Made by a program: the position numbers and the translations under genes. Positions 1-14,300 of a stretch of DNA of 64,000 bases are shown here, in pieces. Position 1 is the first letter of the stretch. Each line of letters starts with the position of its first letter. This DNA is from the human T2T-CHM13v2.0 reference genome, Homo sapiens. The notes under the pieces were generated by a model that had not been told where the DNA came from, did not search any database, and saw only the letters and a program-made list of their open reading frames with translations. Location: NCBI RefSeq assembly GCF_009914755.1, contig NC_060925.1; one strand, given 5' to 3'.

Positions 1-149
1 AAACATTTATCTGTATACTTATGCATATTTTATCATTATTATATTTGTAAATAAAAAATAAATGGGGAAATGTAATTATTAGGCTGGGATATAGAACACA
101 AAATATTATCTAAAATGCATCACTGAAAAAAAGATACAAATTTCATATG

Positions 150-1640
150 TCAGATCAAAGAAACTGTGTAGAAAGTGAGACATTTCAATATTTGTTTAAT
201 TAGTCTTCCCTGCAGAGAGCAAAAGAATGAGAAAGAAGCAATATATAAAGAGATACTGGCTGAGAATTTTCAGATACCAATTTACACATTCAAGAAGTGC
301 AGAAAATCTCATGCATGACCTATGAAAGATAATCACATATATAGTAGTGAAACTTCAATAATTCAAAACAAAAAGATGCATGAAACTAACGGGGTATATG
401 AATTTCCAACTAGTATGTGAATAAAGTGGAAAAATAATTTATCAATTCAAATTAAGTGAAGAAAGAAGAAAATATATGAAACAGGCAGCATAAATAGAAG
501 GCATAAAAGATGATAGAATCCTACTTCCAGATGTAACAGTGATTATTTTGAATAAATATGGATTTAAAATTCCTGTCAAAGTCAAAGATTATTGAACGGG
601 TGAACAAGGAACTACATTTTGTTTAATATAAACAAATGTAAACTCTAAGTAAAAAAGTTCTCGTGTAAAAGTGTCACAAAAATCTAACATAGAAGTGATA
701 ATCAAAGAAAAGTTGACAAAAGTAAACTTTAGAGCAAATGAATCACCAGAGATAAAGAGTAGCTTCATGATGCTAAAATGTTTAATTACCAGGAATATAT
801 AACTTTTTAAAATTTGTATACGTATAACAACAAAACAAAAATTGGCAGAACGACAGAAAAAATAGGAAAACACAAATTAGTATAGTTAACATCCCTCACT
901 CAACAACTGATAGAATAAGTGAACATATAATGTACATCATTACGTAATTTATTAGGATAAATAAGATTTAAACATAATTTATAAACTGAAACTAAGAAAC
1001 TGCAGGGTATACATTACTGCCAAGAGCCCATAAAAGTTATAAAAATCATAATAAATTTTTTATAAACCAAATCTCAACAAATTTCAAATAAATTATTTTG
1101 GGCATATTATTTGCCCAAAATGCAACTAAGCTAGAAATCAATATAAAATAGATGAATAGAAAATCTTATATTTTTGTAAGTTAAATAATGTATTTCTAAA
1201 TTAATGAGTAAATTAGCTAAAAAAGGAAATCCTAACATTCTTTAGAAAATACACTAAGTCTAAAATGTGGTGGGATATAATCAATGCATTTTTTAGAGCA
1301 AAATTTTCTATGAATAAAAACTGTATGTATGAAACATAAACTAGGTTAATATATTCCTAAAATAAATAAGGTAGAAAAGCAGACTAAAGCAAAACAAAAC
1401 CAAAACACCTGAATTATCCTATCAGCATAATGAACATAGGAAAAAAATGGTAAAAATCTTCTCTTAAAGAAAACTGCAGCCCCATAATGACTTCACTGGA
1501 AGGTTCCAGTGAACATTTAAGAAAAAATGTAGAGTTAAATTAAAAACACATCTGAAATCACTTTATAAATTTTATAACTTTTCTTCCAAAACTCAACAAG
1601 AAAATTAAAATAAATTTAAAAATGACTGCCCAATAATTAT
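150..1640 (+). mobile_element. Ancient degraded L1 (L1M/L1ME class), ORF1-end and endonuclease region
   Basis: A-rich plus strand with L1-like motifs (ggctgagaattttc...attcaagaag; aatctcaacaaatttcaa; gcagccc..gacttcactggaa.gttc); no intact ORF. Confidence 0.6.
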
Positions 1641-1659
1641 AAACAATAATATTCTACAA

Positions 1660-1990
1660 TTTTATATTACATAGAGACTATATATTATCTTATATACAAT
1701 TATACTCTATATTATACATAGAATATATATTGCTATATATTCTATATAATACATATAATTGGTGAATGTACATATATATTTATATAAGAAGGTGGAGATT
1801 TTATACATATATGTGTGCATGTGTGTATATATATATACCTATACATATATGTAGAGTATATGTATAGCATATATAGTATATATATAGTATATATAGTAGT
1901 ATATATAGAATGTGTGTGTATATATATATATATTTGTCCAAAATGCAACTAAGCTATAAATTAATATAAAATAGATGAATACAATTAATC

Positions 1991-2028
<38 letters not shown>

Positions 2029-2036
2029 TGCACACA
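1660..2036. repeat. Compound (TA)n/(TG)n/(CA)n low-complexity tract
   Basis: Seen directly; explains the IY-rich ORFs at 1742-2063. Confidence 0.9.
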
Positions 2037-2059
2037 CTGCCTGTTTTCAGGTTGCATAC

Positions 2060-2682
<623 letters not shown>

Positions 2683-2949
2683 AGAATGACATTCTTACAA
2701 GTAGTATATTGGGTCTTTCCCTAGTTGTTCTTGTAGTTAATAGTCTTAGCTTGCAGATGTTAAGAATTGAGACAGACCCAGCTTTACTCTCTCATTTCTT
2801 TCAAAGGATCCACTACCCTTTCACAGCTTGGGCTCTATTCTTGCTTGGAAGCCTGCAGTGAGAAGGAGAGCAGTAGCTCTTTTCTGATTTTTCCTCTTCC
2901 AGTCCTCCCCTGCATTTTTTTCTGTTTTGGTAAATCTTTACTAGTAAAT

Positions 2950-5900
2950 ATTTCTTTTTAATTTTTTAAATTTTTTTATATCAATAGGTTTTGGGGAACA
3001 GGTGGTGTTTGTTTACATGTTTGGTTATATGAAGAAGTTCTTTAGTGGTAATTTATGAGATTTTGTTGCATCCATCACTGAGAAGTATACACTGTACCGA
3101 ATGTGTAGTCTTTCATCCCTTGCCACCCACCAGCCTTTACTAGAAGTCCCCAAAGTTCAATGTATTATTCTTATGCCTTCGAGTCCTCATAACTTAGCTC
3201 CCACATATGAGTGAAAACATACAGTATTTGGTTTTCTATTCTTGAGTTACTTCACTTAGAATAAGTCTCCAATTCCATCCAGGTTGCTGTGAATGCCATT
3301 ATTTCATTCCTTTTTATGGCTGAGTAGTATTCCACGGTAAATACATACCACATTTTCTTTATCCACTCATTGATTGATGGGCATTTGGGCTGCTTCCATA
3401 TTTTGCATTTGCAAATCGTGCTGCCATAGACATGCAAGGCAAGTATCTCTTTTGAATAATGACTTTTATTTCTTCTGGGATACCTAGTAGTGGGGTTGCT
3501 GGATCAAACGGTAAATCTATTTTTAGTTATTTAAGAAATATCCACACGGTTTTCCACAGCAGTAGTACTAGTTTACATTCCCACCAGCAGTGTCAAAGTG
3601 TTCCCTTTTCACCACATCTATGCCAAAATATATTATCTTTTGAGTTTTTGATAATGGTCAGTCTTGCAGGAGTAAGGTAGTATCACATTGTGGTTTTTAT
3701 TTGCATTTCTCTGATGATTAGTGAGGTTGAGAATTTTTCCATATGCTTGTTGGCCATTTGTGTATCTTCTTTTGAGAATTGTCTGTTTGTGTCCTTAGCC
3801 CAGTTTTGGATGAGATTGTTTTATTTTTTCTTACTGATTTGAGTTCTTTGTAGTTTCTGGATATTAGTTCTTTGTTGGATGTATAGATTGTGAAGATTCT
3901 CTCCCACTCTGTGGGTTGTCTGTTAACTCTGCTGATTATTTCTTTGGCTGTGCAGAAGCTTCTTAGTTTAATCTATTTATCTTGGTTTTTGTTGCATTTG
4001 CTTTTGGGTGTGTGGTCATGAACTTTTTGCCTTAGCCAAAGTCTAGAGGTTTTCCTGATGTTATTTTTCAGAATCTTTATGGTTTTGAGTCTTAGATTTA
4101 AGTTTTTGATCCATCTTGAGTTGATTTTTGTGTAAGGTGAGAGATAAGGATCCAGTTTCATTCTTCTACAGGTGGCTTGCTAATTACCCCAGCACCATGG
4201 GTTGTATAGGCTGTCCCTTCCCCACTTTATGTTTTTGTTTGCCTTGTCGAAGATCAGTTGGCTGTACATATTTGGCTCTATTTCTGGGTTCTCTATTCTG
4301 TTCCATTGGTCTACATGCCTATTTTTATGCCAGTACCATGCTATTTTGGCGTGACTATGGCCTTAGAGTATAATTTGAAATCAGATCATGTGATGCCTCC
4401 AGATTTGTTCTTTTCTCTTAGTCTTGCTTTGGCTATGCAGGTTCTCTTTTGGTTCCATATGAATTTTAGGATTTTTTTTTTTCTAGTTCTGTGCAGAATG
4501 ATGATGATATTTCGATGAGAATTGCATTGAATTTGAAGATTGGTTTTGGCAGTATGGTCATTTTCAGAATATTGAATCTACCCATCTATGAGCATGGGAT
4601 ATGATTCCATTGTTTTTGTACTCTGATTTCTTTTATCAGTGTTTTGTAGTTTTCCTTGTAGAGATCTTTCGCATCCTTGGTTAGGTATATTCCTAAGTAT
4701 TTTATTTATTTATTTATTTTTGCAGCTATTGTGAAAGGGGCTGGGTTCTTGATTTGATTCTCAGTTTGGTCACTGTTGGTATATATCAGAGCTAATGATT
4801 TGTGTACATTAATGTTGTATCCTGAAACTTTGCTAAATTCATTTACCAGTTATAGGAGCTTTTTGAAGGAGTCTCTAGGGTTTTCTAGGTATACAATCAC
4901 ATCAGCATCAAACAGTGATAGTTTGACTTCCTCTTTACCAATTTGGATGTCCTTTATTTCCTTCTCTTGTCTGATTGCTCTGGCTAGGTCTTCAGGTATT
5001 TTGTTAAATAGAAGTGGTAAGAGTGGGCATCCTTATTTTGTTCCAGTTCTCAGGGGGAATGCTTTCAACTTTTGCCCATTCAGTATAATGTTGGCAGTGG
5101 ATTTGTTATAGATGGATTTTATTACCTTAAGTTATGTCCCTTCTATGCCGATTTTGCTGAGGGTTTTAATCATAAAGGGGTGCTGGATTTTGTCAAATGC
5201 TTTCTCTGCATCTATTGAGATGATCATATAATTATTATTCTTAACTCTGTTTATGTGGTGTTTCACCTTTATTGGCTTATGTATGTTAAACCATCCCTGA
5301 ATCCCTGGTGTGAAACCCACTTGATTGTGGTGGATTATCCTTTTGATATGCTGTTGAATTTTGTTCACTAGTATGATGTTGAGGATTTTTGCATCTCTAT
5401 TCATCAGGGATATTGGTCTGTAGTTTTTGTTGTTGTTGTTGCTGTTGTTATGTCTTTCTCTGATTTTGGTATTAGGGTGATACTGGCTTCATAAAATGAT
5501 TTAGGGAGGATTCCCTTTTTCTTTATTTTTTGGAATGGTGTCAATAGGATAGGTACCAATTATTCTTTGAATCTCTGATATAATTCAGTTCTGAATCTGT
5601 GGTCCTGGACTCTTTTTTTTTGTTGGCATGTTTTTTATTACCATTTCAATCTCACTGCTTCTTATTAGTCTGTTCAGAGATTCTATAGCTTCCTGGTTAA
5701 ATCTATGAGGGTTGTATATTTCCAGGAATTTATCCATCTCCTCTTGGTTTTCTAGTTTATGCGCATAAAGATATTCATAGTAGCATTGAATACTCTTTGG
5801 TATTTCTGTGGTATCAGTTGTAATATCTCCTGTTTCATTTGTAATTGAACTTATTTGGATCTTCTCTCTTCTTGGCTAATTTCATTAATGGTCTACCAAT

Positions 5901-8900
5901 TTTATTTATCTTTTCAAAAAATAACAGTTTTTTGTTCCATTTATCTTTTGTATTTTTTTAAATTTGTTTCAATTTCATGTCATTCTGCTCTGATCTTTGT
6001 TACTTCTTTTCTTCTTCTGGGTTTGGGTTTGGATTGTTCTTGTTTGTTCAGTTCCATGAGCTGTGACCTTAGATTGTCAATTTGTGCTTTTTCAGACTTT
6101 TTGATGTAGGCATTTAGTGCTATGCACTTTCATTTCAGCACGATTTTTGCTGTATCCCAGAGGTATTGATAGGTTGTGTCACTATTATTGTTCAGTTCAA
6201 AGAATTTTTAAATTTCCATCTTGATTTCGTTGTTGACTCAATGATCATTCACGAGCAGTTTTAATTTTCATGTATTTTCTTGGTTTTGAGGACTCCTTTT
6301 GGAGTTAATTTCCAATTTTATTCCACTGTGGTCTGAGGAAGTACTTGATATTTTGATTTTCTTAAATTTACTGAGACTTTTTTTGTGACCTAACATATGG
6401 TCTATCCTGGAGAATGTTTCATGTGCTGATGAATAGAATGTATATTCTACAAGTTGTTGGGTAGAATGTTCTATAAATATCTGAGTCCATTTGTTAATGA
6501 ACTTAAGAAATGTTAAGTCCATTTGTTGTGGGGTATTGTTTAAGTCCATTGTTTCTTTGTTGACTTTCTGTCTTGGTGACCTGTCTAGTGCTGTCAGTGG
6601 AGTATTAAAGTCCCCCCACAAATGGACTTAACATTTGTTAAGTGATTTATTGTTAACAAATGTTAAGTCCATTAGCAAATGGATTTGTGGCCATTTATCT
6701 CATTTCTTAGGTCTAGTAGTAATTAGTTTATAAATTTGGGAGCTCCAGTGTTAGGTGTATATATATTTAGAATTGTAATGTTTTTCTTTTGAATGTGTCC
6801 TTTTATTATTATATAATGATTTTCTGTCTTTTTAAACTGTTGTGGCTTTAAAGTTTGTTTTAGCTGATGTAAGAATAGCTACTCACTTTTTGTGTCCATT
6901 TACATGAAAATAACTTTTTCCACCTCTTTACCTTAAGTTTAGGTAACTTACCTTACCTTAACCTTATGTGTTAGGTGAGTCTCCTGAAGACAGCAGAAAC
7001 TTGGTTGGTGAGTTCTTATCCATTCTGCCATTCTGTATCTTTTAAGTGGAACAGTTAGGCCATTTACATTTAATGTTGATATTGAGATGTGAGCTACTAT
7101 TATATTTATTTTGCTACTTGTTGCCTGAATACCTTGTTTTTCTTTTCATTGTGTTATTTTTGTATAGATCCTGTGAGATTTATGCTTTAAGGAGACTATA
7201 TTTTAGTTTATTTTGAGGATTTGTTTCAAGATTTAGAGTGCCTTCTAGCAGTTCCTGTAATGCTTGTTTGGTAGTGGCAAATTCTCAGTATTTTTTGGTC
7301 TGGAAAAAACTATATCGTTTTTTCATTGATGAAACTCAGTTTCACTAGATGAAAATTCTTGGCTGATAATTGTATTGTTTAAGGTGGCTAAAATAGGATC
7401 CCAATCCCTTTTAGCTTGTAGAGTTTCTGCTGAAAAATCTGCTGTTAATCTGACAGGGGTATTTTTATAGGTTACCTGATGCTTTGCCTCACAGCTCTTA
7501 AGATTCTTTCTTTCATCTTGACTTTTGATAACCTGATGACTATGTGCATAGGTGAAGATCTTTTTTTGATAAATTTTCCAGGTGTTCTTTTAGCTTCTTT
7601 TATTTGGGTGTCTAGTTCTCCAGCAAGATCAGGGAAGTTTTGCTTGATTATTCCCTCAAATATGTTTTATAAACTTTTAGATTTCTGTTCTTCCTTGGGA
7701 CACCTATTATTCTTGGGTTTGGATTTTTAACATAGTCCCAAGCTTAGTGCAGGCTTTGTTAATTTTTAAAAATTCTTTTTTTCTGTGTCTTTGATGGATT
7801 GAGTTAATTCAAAAGCCTTGTCTTTGAACTCAGAATTTCTTTCTTCTGCTTGTTCGATTCTATTACTGAGACTTCTCAGTGCATTTCACATTTCTCAAGT
7901 GTGTCCTTGATTTCCAGAAGTTGTGATTATTTTTTATTTATGCTATCTATTTCACTGAAGAATTTTCCTTTCATATCCTGTATCGTGATTTTGATTTCTT
8001 TAAGTTGGACTTCACCTTTCCCTGGTGATTCCTTGATTAGTTCAATAATTGATCTTCTGAATTCTTTTTTTGGCAATTCAGAGATTTTCTCTTGGTTTGG
8101 ATACATTGCTGGTAAGCTGGTATAATCTTTTGGGAGTGTTAAGGAATGTTGTTTTGTCATATTACCAGAACTGTTTTTCTGATTCCTTCTCATTTGGGTA
8201 GGCTATGTCAGAGGGAAGATCTGGGCTGCTGTTCAGATTCTTCTGTCCCATGGGGTGCTCCCATGATGTGTTATTCCCCCTCTTCCCATAGGAATAGGGC
8301 TTCTTGAAAGCTGAACTGTACTAAATGTTTTTGCTCTTCTGGGTCTAGCTGCCCAGTGGAGCTACTAGGTTCTGGGTTGGTAATAGAGAATGTCTACAAA
8401 GAGTCCTGCAATGTGATCTGTCTTCAGGTCTTGCAGCCGTGGATACCAGCACCTGCTCCTGTGGAGATGGCAAGGGAGTGAAGTGGATTCTGTGAGGGTC
8501 CTTGGTTGTGTTTTTGTTTAGTGTGCTGGTTTTGTGTTGGTTGGCCTCCAGCGAGAAGGTGGCACTTTCAAGAGTGCATCAGCTGCAGTCCTATAGGGAG
8601 GATGCAAACTTGCCCTAGGGACACCTGGTTAAGTATTCAGGATTCTCAGGTGGTGGGCAGGGCCATAGAGCTCCCAAGAGATTACGACCTTTGTCTTCAG
8701 CTACCAGGGTGGGTAGATAAAGACCACCAGGTGGGGGCAGGGATAGGCATGTCTGAGCTCAGCCTCTCCTTGGGCAGGGCTTATTGCAGCTGCTCTGGGG
8801 TTGGGGGTGTGGTTCCCAGTCCAATGGAGTTATATTCCCAGGGGTACTATGGCTGCCTCTGCTGAGTCATACAGGTCGCCAGGGAAGTGGGGGAAAGCTG

Positions 8901-9220
8901 GCAGTCACAGGCCTCACCCTGTTCCCATGTAGCCCACAGCCCTAAAGGCCAGTCTCACTCCCCTAGTGCCCCACCCAACAGCACTGAATCTATTGCCAGG
9001 CAGCTGGTGACCAGGGCTGAGAACTTGTCCCAGACCATGAGCCTCCTTGCTGAGAAAGCAAGCCAACTCACAGTTTTTCAGCATCTCAGGGAGCCTGCAG
9101 CAGGGATCCAGTTCCTTTAAAGGGTCATTGGATTCTCTTGGTTTTCCTGGTATGTTCCTGTTCTTTGAGCAAAAGTTCATGATGTGAGTCTCCAGATGCT
9201 GCTCTGTCCCCTGCTATCTT
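2950..9220 (-). mobile_element. Near full-length L1PB (L1PB1-like 3' end, L1PBa-type 5'UTR), inactive
   Basis: 3'UTR ttttggggaacaggtggtg...; ORF2 peptides [59 protein letters not shown]; ORF1 start MRRNQKNSSGNM at 8193; GC-richer 5'UTR 8200-9220; many stops and frameshifts. Confidence 0.92.
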
Positions 9221-10599
9221 TATTCTATGATTGGATTCTCTAAGGTGTGGCCAGGGGAGAGAAAGATTAGATAATTTTCTTAGGGCAAAAAGATCTTCCC
9301 AATGACGTCCTGTCCTTTTATAAAGATCACTAAGCACTCCAGCCAACTTCTCTCTTTTTAGATTTTTAATGAGTATGAGTCAGGAACAGTCGCTAGGTCC
9401 ATAATTCTCTAATACTCCAGGGATCATAAATGTTAAGGTCTCCAAATGATTTTCTGACATTATTTTCCCTTGTTCTGTGTCTGAAAGGGTGAAGTACTCC
9501 CCTTTTTTCTCCTACACAGAGGACAGGACAGAGGAAACATTAGTCTTCCTGATCTCTCCAAAGGAATTCACAGTTTTGGCCTCCTAATGGATTTCTAGCT
9601 TAAATGTGCATGATGCATTAATGGTGACTGGATTTGTCTTGGGCCCCCGTCTTTGCAAGTCCCAATAGATTGACTATTATCTCTTTTTACAATACAAAGA
9701 TTACTTGATTTCTGCTATTCTCAGTTTGGGGACCTAAGGTGAATAGACAAGATAGAAACGGTCACATTATAATACCAGATTACATTGCTACTATAGATAT
9801 TATAAAGCTTTCAGAGGATATAGTTAAATAATTCATCAAAACCTGGATTGCTCTAAGAAGTCATGCCCATCTGCTCTCTATGATCTTACCTCTGTACTTT
9901 TGTTAAGTGTTTTTGAAACATAGTAAATTTTGTTCTAGTGATGTCTAAATATGTCCCATTTTTATAGTATCATGTTTAAAATCAAATACATTATATCACT
10001 TTTTCTCTTCCATTGAGGTCAAAGTTTAAGGTTGTGAGTTTGTCTTGAGAAAATCTATTTCTTCCTTCAGGCTAATCAGCCTATCTTTCTTTTTAAAAAT
10101 TCTCAAATTTCTATTTTTCTAACAGTAGAGACTAAGGCATATTTTTAAAACACTCTGTATTTTTTACATCTTTCAATGTACATGTTAGTGTTTGGGTTGA
10201 AATAATTTTAGTGAATTTTTTTTATAGCTCAAACTAAGAAGATAGGCTATTCTGTTCATATCAAAGACCTGCTGTTCTTTCTTATATGTTCAGTAATAAA
10301 ATCTACATGCCTTGTTTTACTTTTCTTTTTTTTCACAAATTTCAATAATACACTGGTTTAGAGGGCTAAACTCATGTAATTACCCTTAAATCAAAGCTTC
10401 AGGTCAGCCCTTTCAGATAAAATAAAAATTATGTTTTATAGAAGAGGTCAAGTTACCATCCCTGCTTATGAAGAATTATGGCATGTATTTAGTAAATATT
10501 AGTAAAAATTCAACAGTGCAGCTGTATAAAACTATCACACCTCTGTAAATAGAACCTCAACAAACTGCTATAATTCACTATATTCAAAACTTCACAAAA

Positions 10600-11100
10600 G
10601 CTATACTTCTAAGTCATGAAAAAGTGCAGGTCCTCCTGGAAGGTTGGTGAAAGAAGTAGCAGGATAATTTTTGAATCTCCTTAGATTCCCATTCAAAAGC
10701 AGATAATTAGATAGCAGAACCAAAACCTAGGTGATAAGTTTTCTCCAAGAACATAAACATTGAAGTCAGTGAATATACAATGATGAGACCTGTGTGTTTT
10801 TGGCATCTGCATGCAAGAAAGCAGAGGAAAGGAAGGGGCATTTGACAGACCTGACAACAGGAGAACTCCAAAATAACCTATGAGTTTTTACAGAAAAGTA
10901 CAGTCACCCAAGCTCAAAACAGCTGCTGACATTGGGAAAGGAACTGGTCTAATCTAAAAGCTAGTGAATGCCAGGGACCCACAGCAATGCCTAAGTAGTA
11001 TAAAGACCGAAAGATCCTATAGAGAAATTGAATAGGACCAAAACAAAGTTTGTGAACTAAAGGCTTGTTAGTAATGTGGAGTTTCTACTTGAAGTGAGTA
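10600..11100 (+). mobile_element. Possible old L1M 5' region fragment
   Basis: Weak resemblance to ancient L1ME/L1M 5'UTR sequence. Confidence 0.3.
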
Positions 11101-11319
11101 GGAAAAGTAAGGTTTTTTCCTCTTAGGAAAATGAGCAGTGTCTGCTAAATGTGTGTTTTTCATTTTAATCCTGATGATTCACCAAATAGCTAGTCATGGA
11201 AAATGTACATAGTTAACTTAGTATCCCTCCAGGAATGATTCTTACATTGTATATTATTTAGTTTCTTTTACTTACCTCTTTGAATACTTGAATAAACTAG
11301 TTTTACACAAAGAAAGACT

Positions 11320-14300
11320 AAATTCTGAGAAAAAAATGAGAATAACAGAAACAATTACATACGGTGTAAAACTGCATAATACTACCAAAAGGAGAAGAAA
11401 TAAAGAAAACAAAATTAAATATTTGAAGCAATAATGGCTGAGAATTTTTTAAAATCAATATCACAAAGCCACAGAGAACACCAAGCAGTATAAATGACAA
11501 AATAAAAAAACTACACATAGGTACATGGTTTTCAAACTACTAAAAAATCAGAGGTAAAGAACACAACCTGAAAGAAGCTGGAGTGAGGGGAAACACCTTA
11601 GCTATAGAAGAGCAAAGATAGGAATAATTACATCTGAAACCATGTAAGCAAGAAGAGAGTGGAGTGAAATACCTAAAGTGTTGAGAGAAAACAACAACAG
11701 CAATAAAACCATCAATCTAAAATTCTGCTCTAGGTGAAATTACCTTTCAAAAGTGAGAGAGACATTACAACTTTCTCAGACAAACAAAAATTGAGGCAAT
11801 TTGTTGCCAGTAGTCTTGCCTTGCAAGAAATGTTAAAAGTTCTTTAGAGAAAAGGAAAGTAACAAGTCAGAAACTCATATCTATTTAAAAAAATGAATAA
11901 GGGAAGATAAAATGAAAACTTTTATTATTTTTTCTTATTCTTTGTTGATGTAACAGATAATGGTTTAAAATAATAATAATGAGAATGTGTTTTATTTTTG
12001 TAAACTTATGTGTAATATTATGTGTATGGTATATATAGAAACATATATATATATATATATATATGCTTATGTATGATTATAAATGACATGGTTTGAATCT
12101 TTGTCTTCATCAAATCTCATGTCAAATTGTAATCCCCTATGTTGGTGGTGGGGACTGGTAGGAGGTGATTGGATAATGAGGGAGGATTTCTCATGAATGG
12201 GTTTGCACCATGCCCTCAGTGCCGTTCTCAGTGCTGATAGTGAGTGAGTTATTATGAGATCTGGTTGTTTAAAAGTGTGTAACACCACCACCCCCTCTCA
12301 CTCTCTTCCTTCTCCTGTGGCCATGTAAGACATGCCTGCTTCCCCCTTTGCTTTCTGCTATAATTGCAGGTTTTTTGAGGCCTCCCTATAAGGCAAGCAG
12401 ATGCTGCCATGCTTCCTGGATAGCCCACAGAATCATAAGCCAATTAAACCACTTTTCTTGATAAATGACCCAGTCTCAGGTGTTTCTGTATAGCAGTGTG
12501 AGAATAGGATAATACGATAAATAAATGAAACAAATGACAGGAATAATACAAGGGATGGAAGGGAGAAATTAATAATTTTTTATTATAACGTACTCATAAT
12601 GAAGCAGTTTAGTATTTTAAAGTAGACTTTGGTTAATTGTAAATGTAATTGTAAACTTCAAGGCAAGAATTTGAAAAAGTAATTGATGTACTAAAAGAAG
12701 AAAGAATGGAATAATATAAAATGCTCAATTAAAACTACAAAGGACAGTAAAAGAGTGGAAGACAAAAACAGGAACAAACAACTCTAAATAGAAAACAGAA
12801 ACAAACATGGTAGATATTAATACAACTAGGTCAATAATTGCTTTGAATGACAATGGTCTAAATGGACCAATAAACAACAAAAATTGTCAGAGTAGATCAA
12901 AAAACAAGAACCAATTACATGTTGTTTACAAAAAACCCACTTTAAATATAAAGACACACATAAAATAAAAGTAAATAGATGGTAAAAATTATATACTCTC
13001 CTAACACATTTTTAAAAAGCAGAAATAGCTACATTAATTTCAGACAGAATAGACTTCAACGCAGGAAAAGTTATCAGGAGTAAGGAAGGGCATTGCACAA
13101 TGATAAAGGTGTCAATTTTCCAAGAAGATATAACAATCCTTAAGGTGTGTGTACCCAACAACAGAATATCAAACTATGTGAGGCAAAAACTGATAAAACT
13201 GGGAGGAGAAATAGATGAATCTATTATCATAATTGGAGATTTCAACATGTTTCTATCAGAAAGGGATAGAACCTGCATGGTAGAAAGTCAATAAGAGCAT
13301 AGTGAAACTCAACACCACCATCAATCAACTAGATATAATTAACATCTATAGACTACTTCACCCAACAGCAATGTAATATACATTATTCTCAAGCTTGGAT
13401 GGAACACACACCAAGATAGAGCACATTCTGGGCCATACAACATACTTTAATGCATTTTAAATAGTAGAAATCATATAATATCTGTTCTCAGAATTCAATG
13501 CAATTACATTAGAAATCAATAACTGAAAGACCTTAAGAAAACCTAAAAATATTTGGAAATTAAAAAACATGCTTCTAAATAATGCATGAATCAAAAAAAA
13601 TTTTAAGAGACATTTAAACATATTTTGAACTGAATGAAATAAAACCACAACTTAACGTAATTTGTAGAATGCAGTGAAAGCAGTTTTTAGAGGAAAATGT
13701 ACAGCATTAAATGCAGCTAATAGAAAGGAAGAGAAATTTGAAGTTGATCATCTAAGCTTCCACCTTACATAACTAGAAAAGTAAGAGTAAATTAAATGCA
13801 AAGTAAGCATAAGAAAGGAAAGTTTTAAAAAATTAGAGCAGATGTCAAAGAAATTGAAAACAGAAAACCAATAGTGAAAATCAATAAAAGCAAAAGGCTT
13901 GCTCACTGAAAAAAATAATAAAGTACATAGTCCTCTAGCCAGGCTAACTAAGCAAAACAGAAAAAAGATAAATATTACTAATATGAGAAACAAATGAGGA
14001 GACAGCACTACAGATCTCATGGATATTAAATAGGTAATCAAAAAATACTATGAAGGATGGTATGCCTACACATTTGATAATCTTGACAAAACGTACTAAT
14101 TCATTTTGAGATACAATCTGTCAAAACTCACACAAAAATACATAGATAATTTGAGTAGAACTAAATCTATTAAAGATATTGAATAATATCATTCCAAAAC
14201 AAAAGTGAAAGTGAAGTGAAGCACCAGGCCAAGATGAATTCATGGGTGAATTCTACCAAACACTTAAGAAAAAAATAAACCGATTCTCCACAACCTCTCT

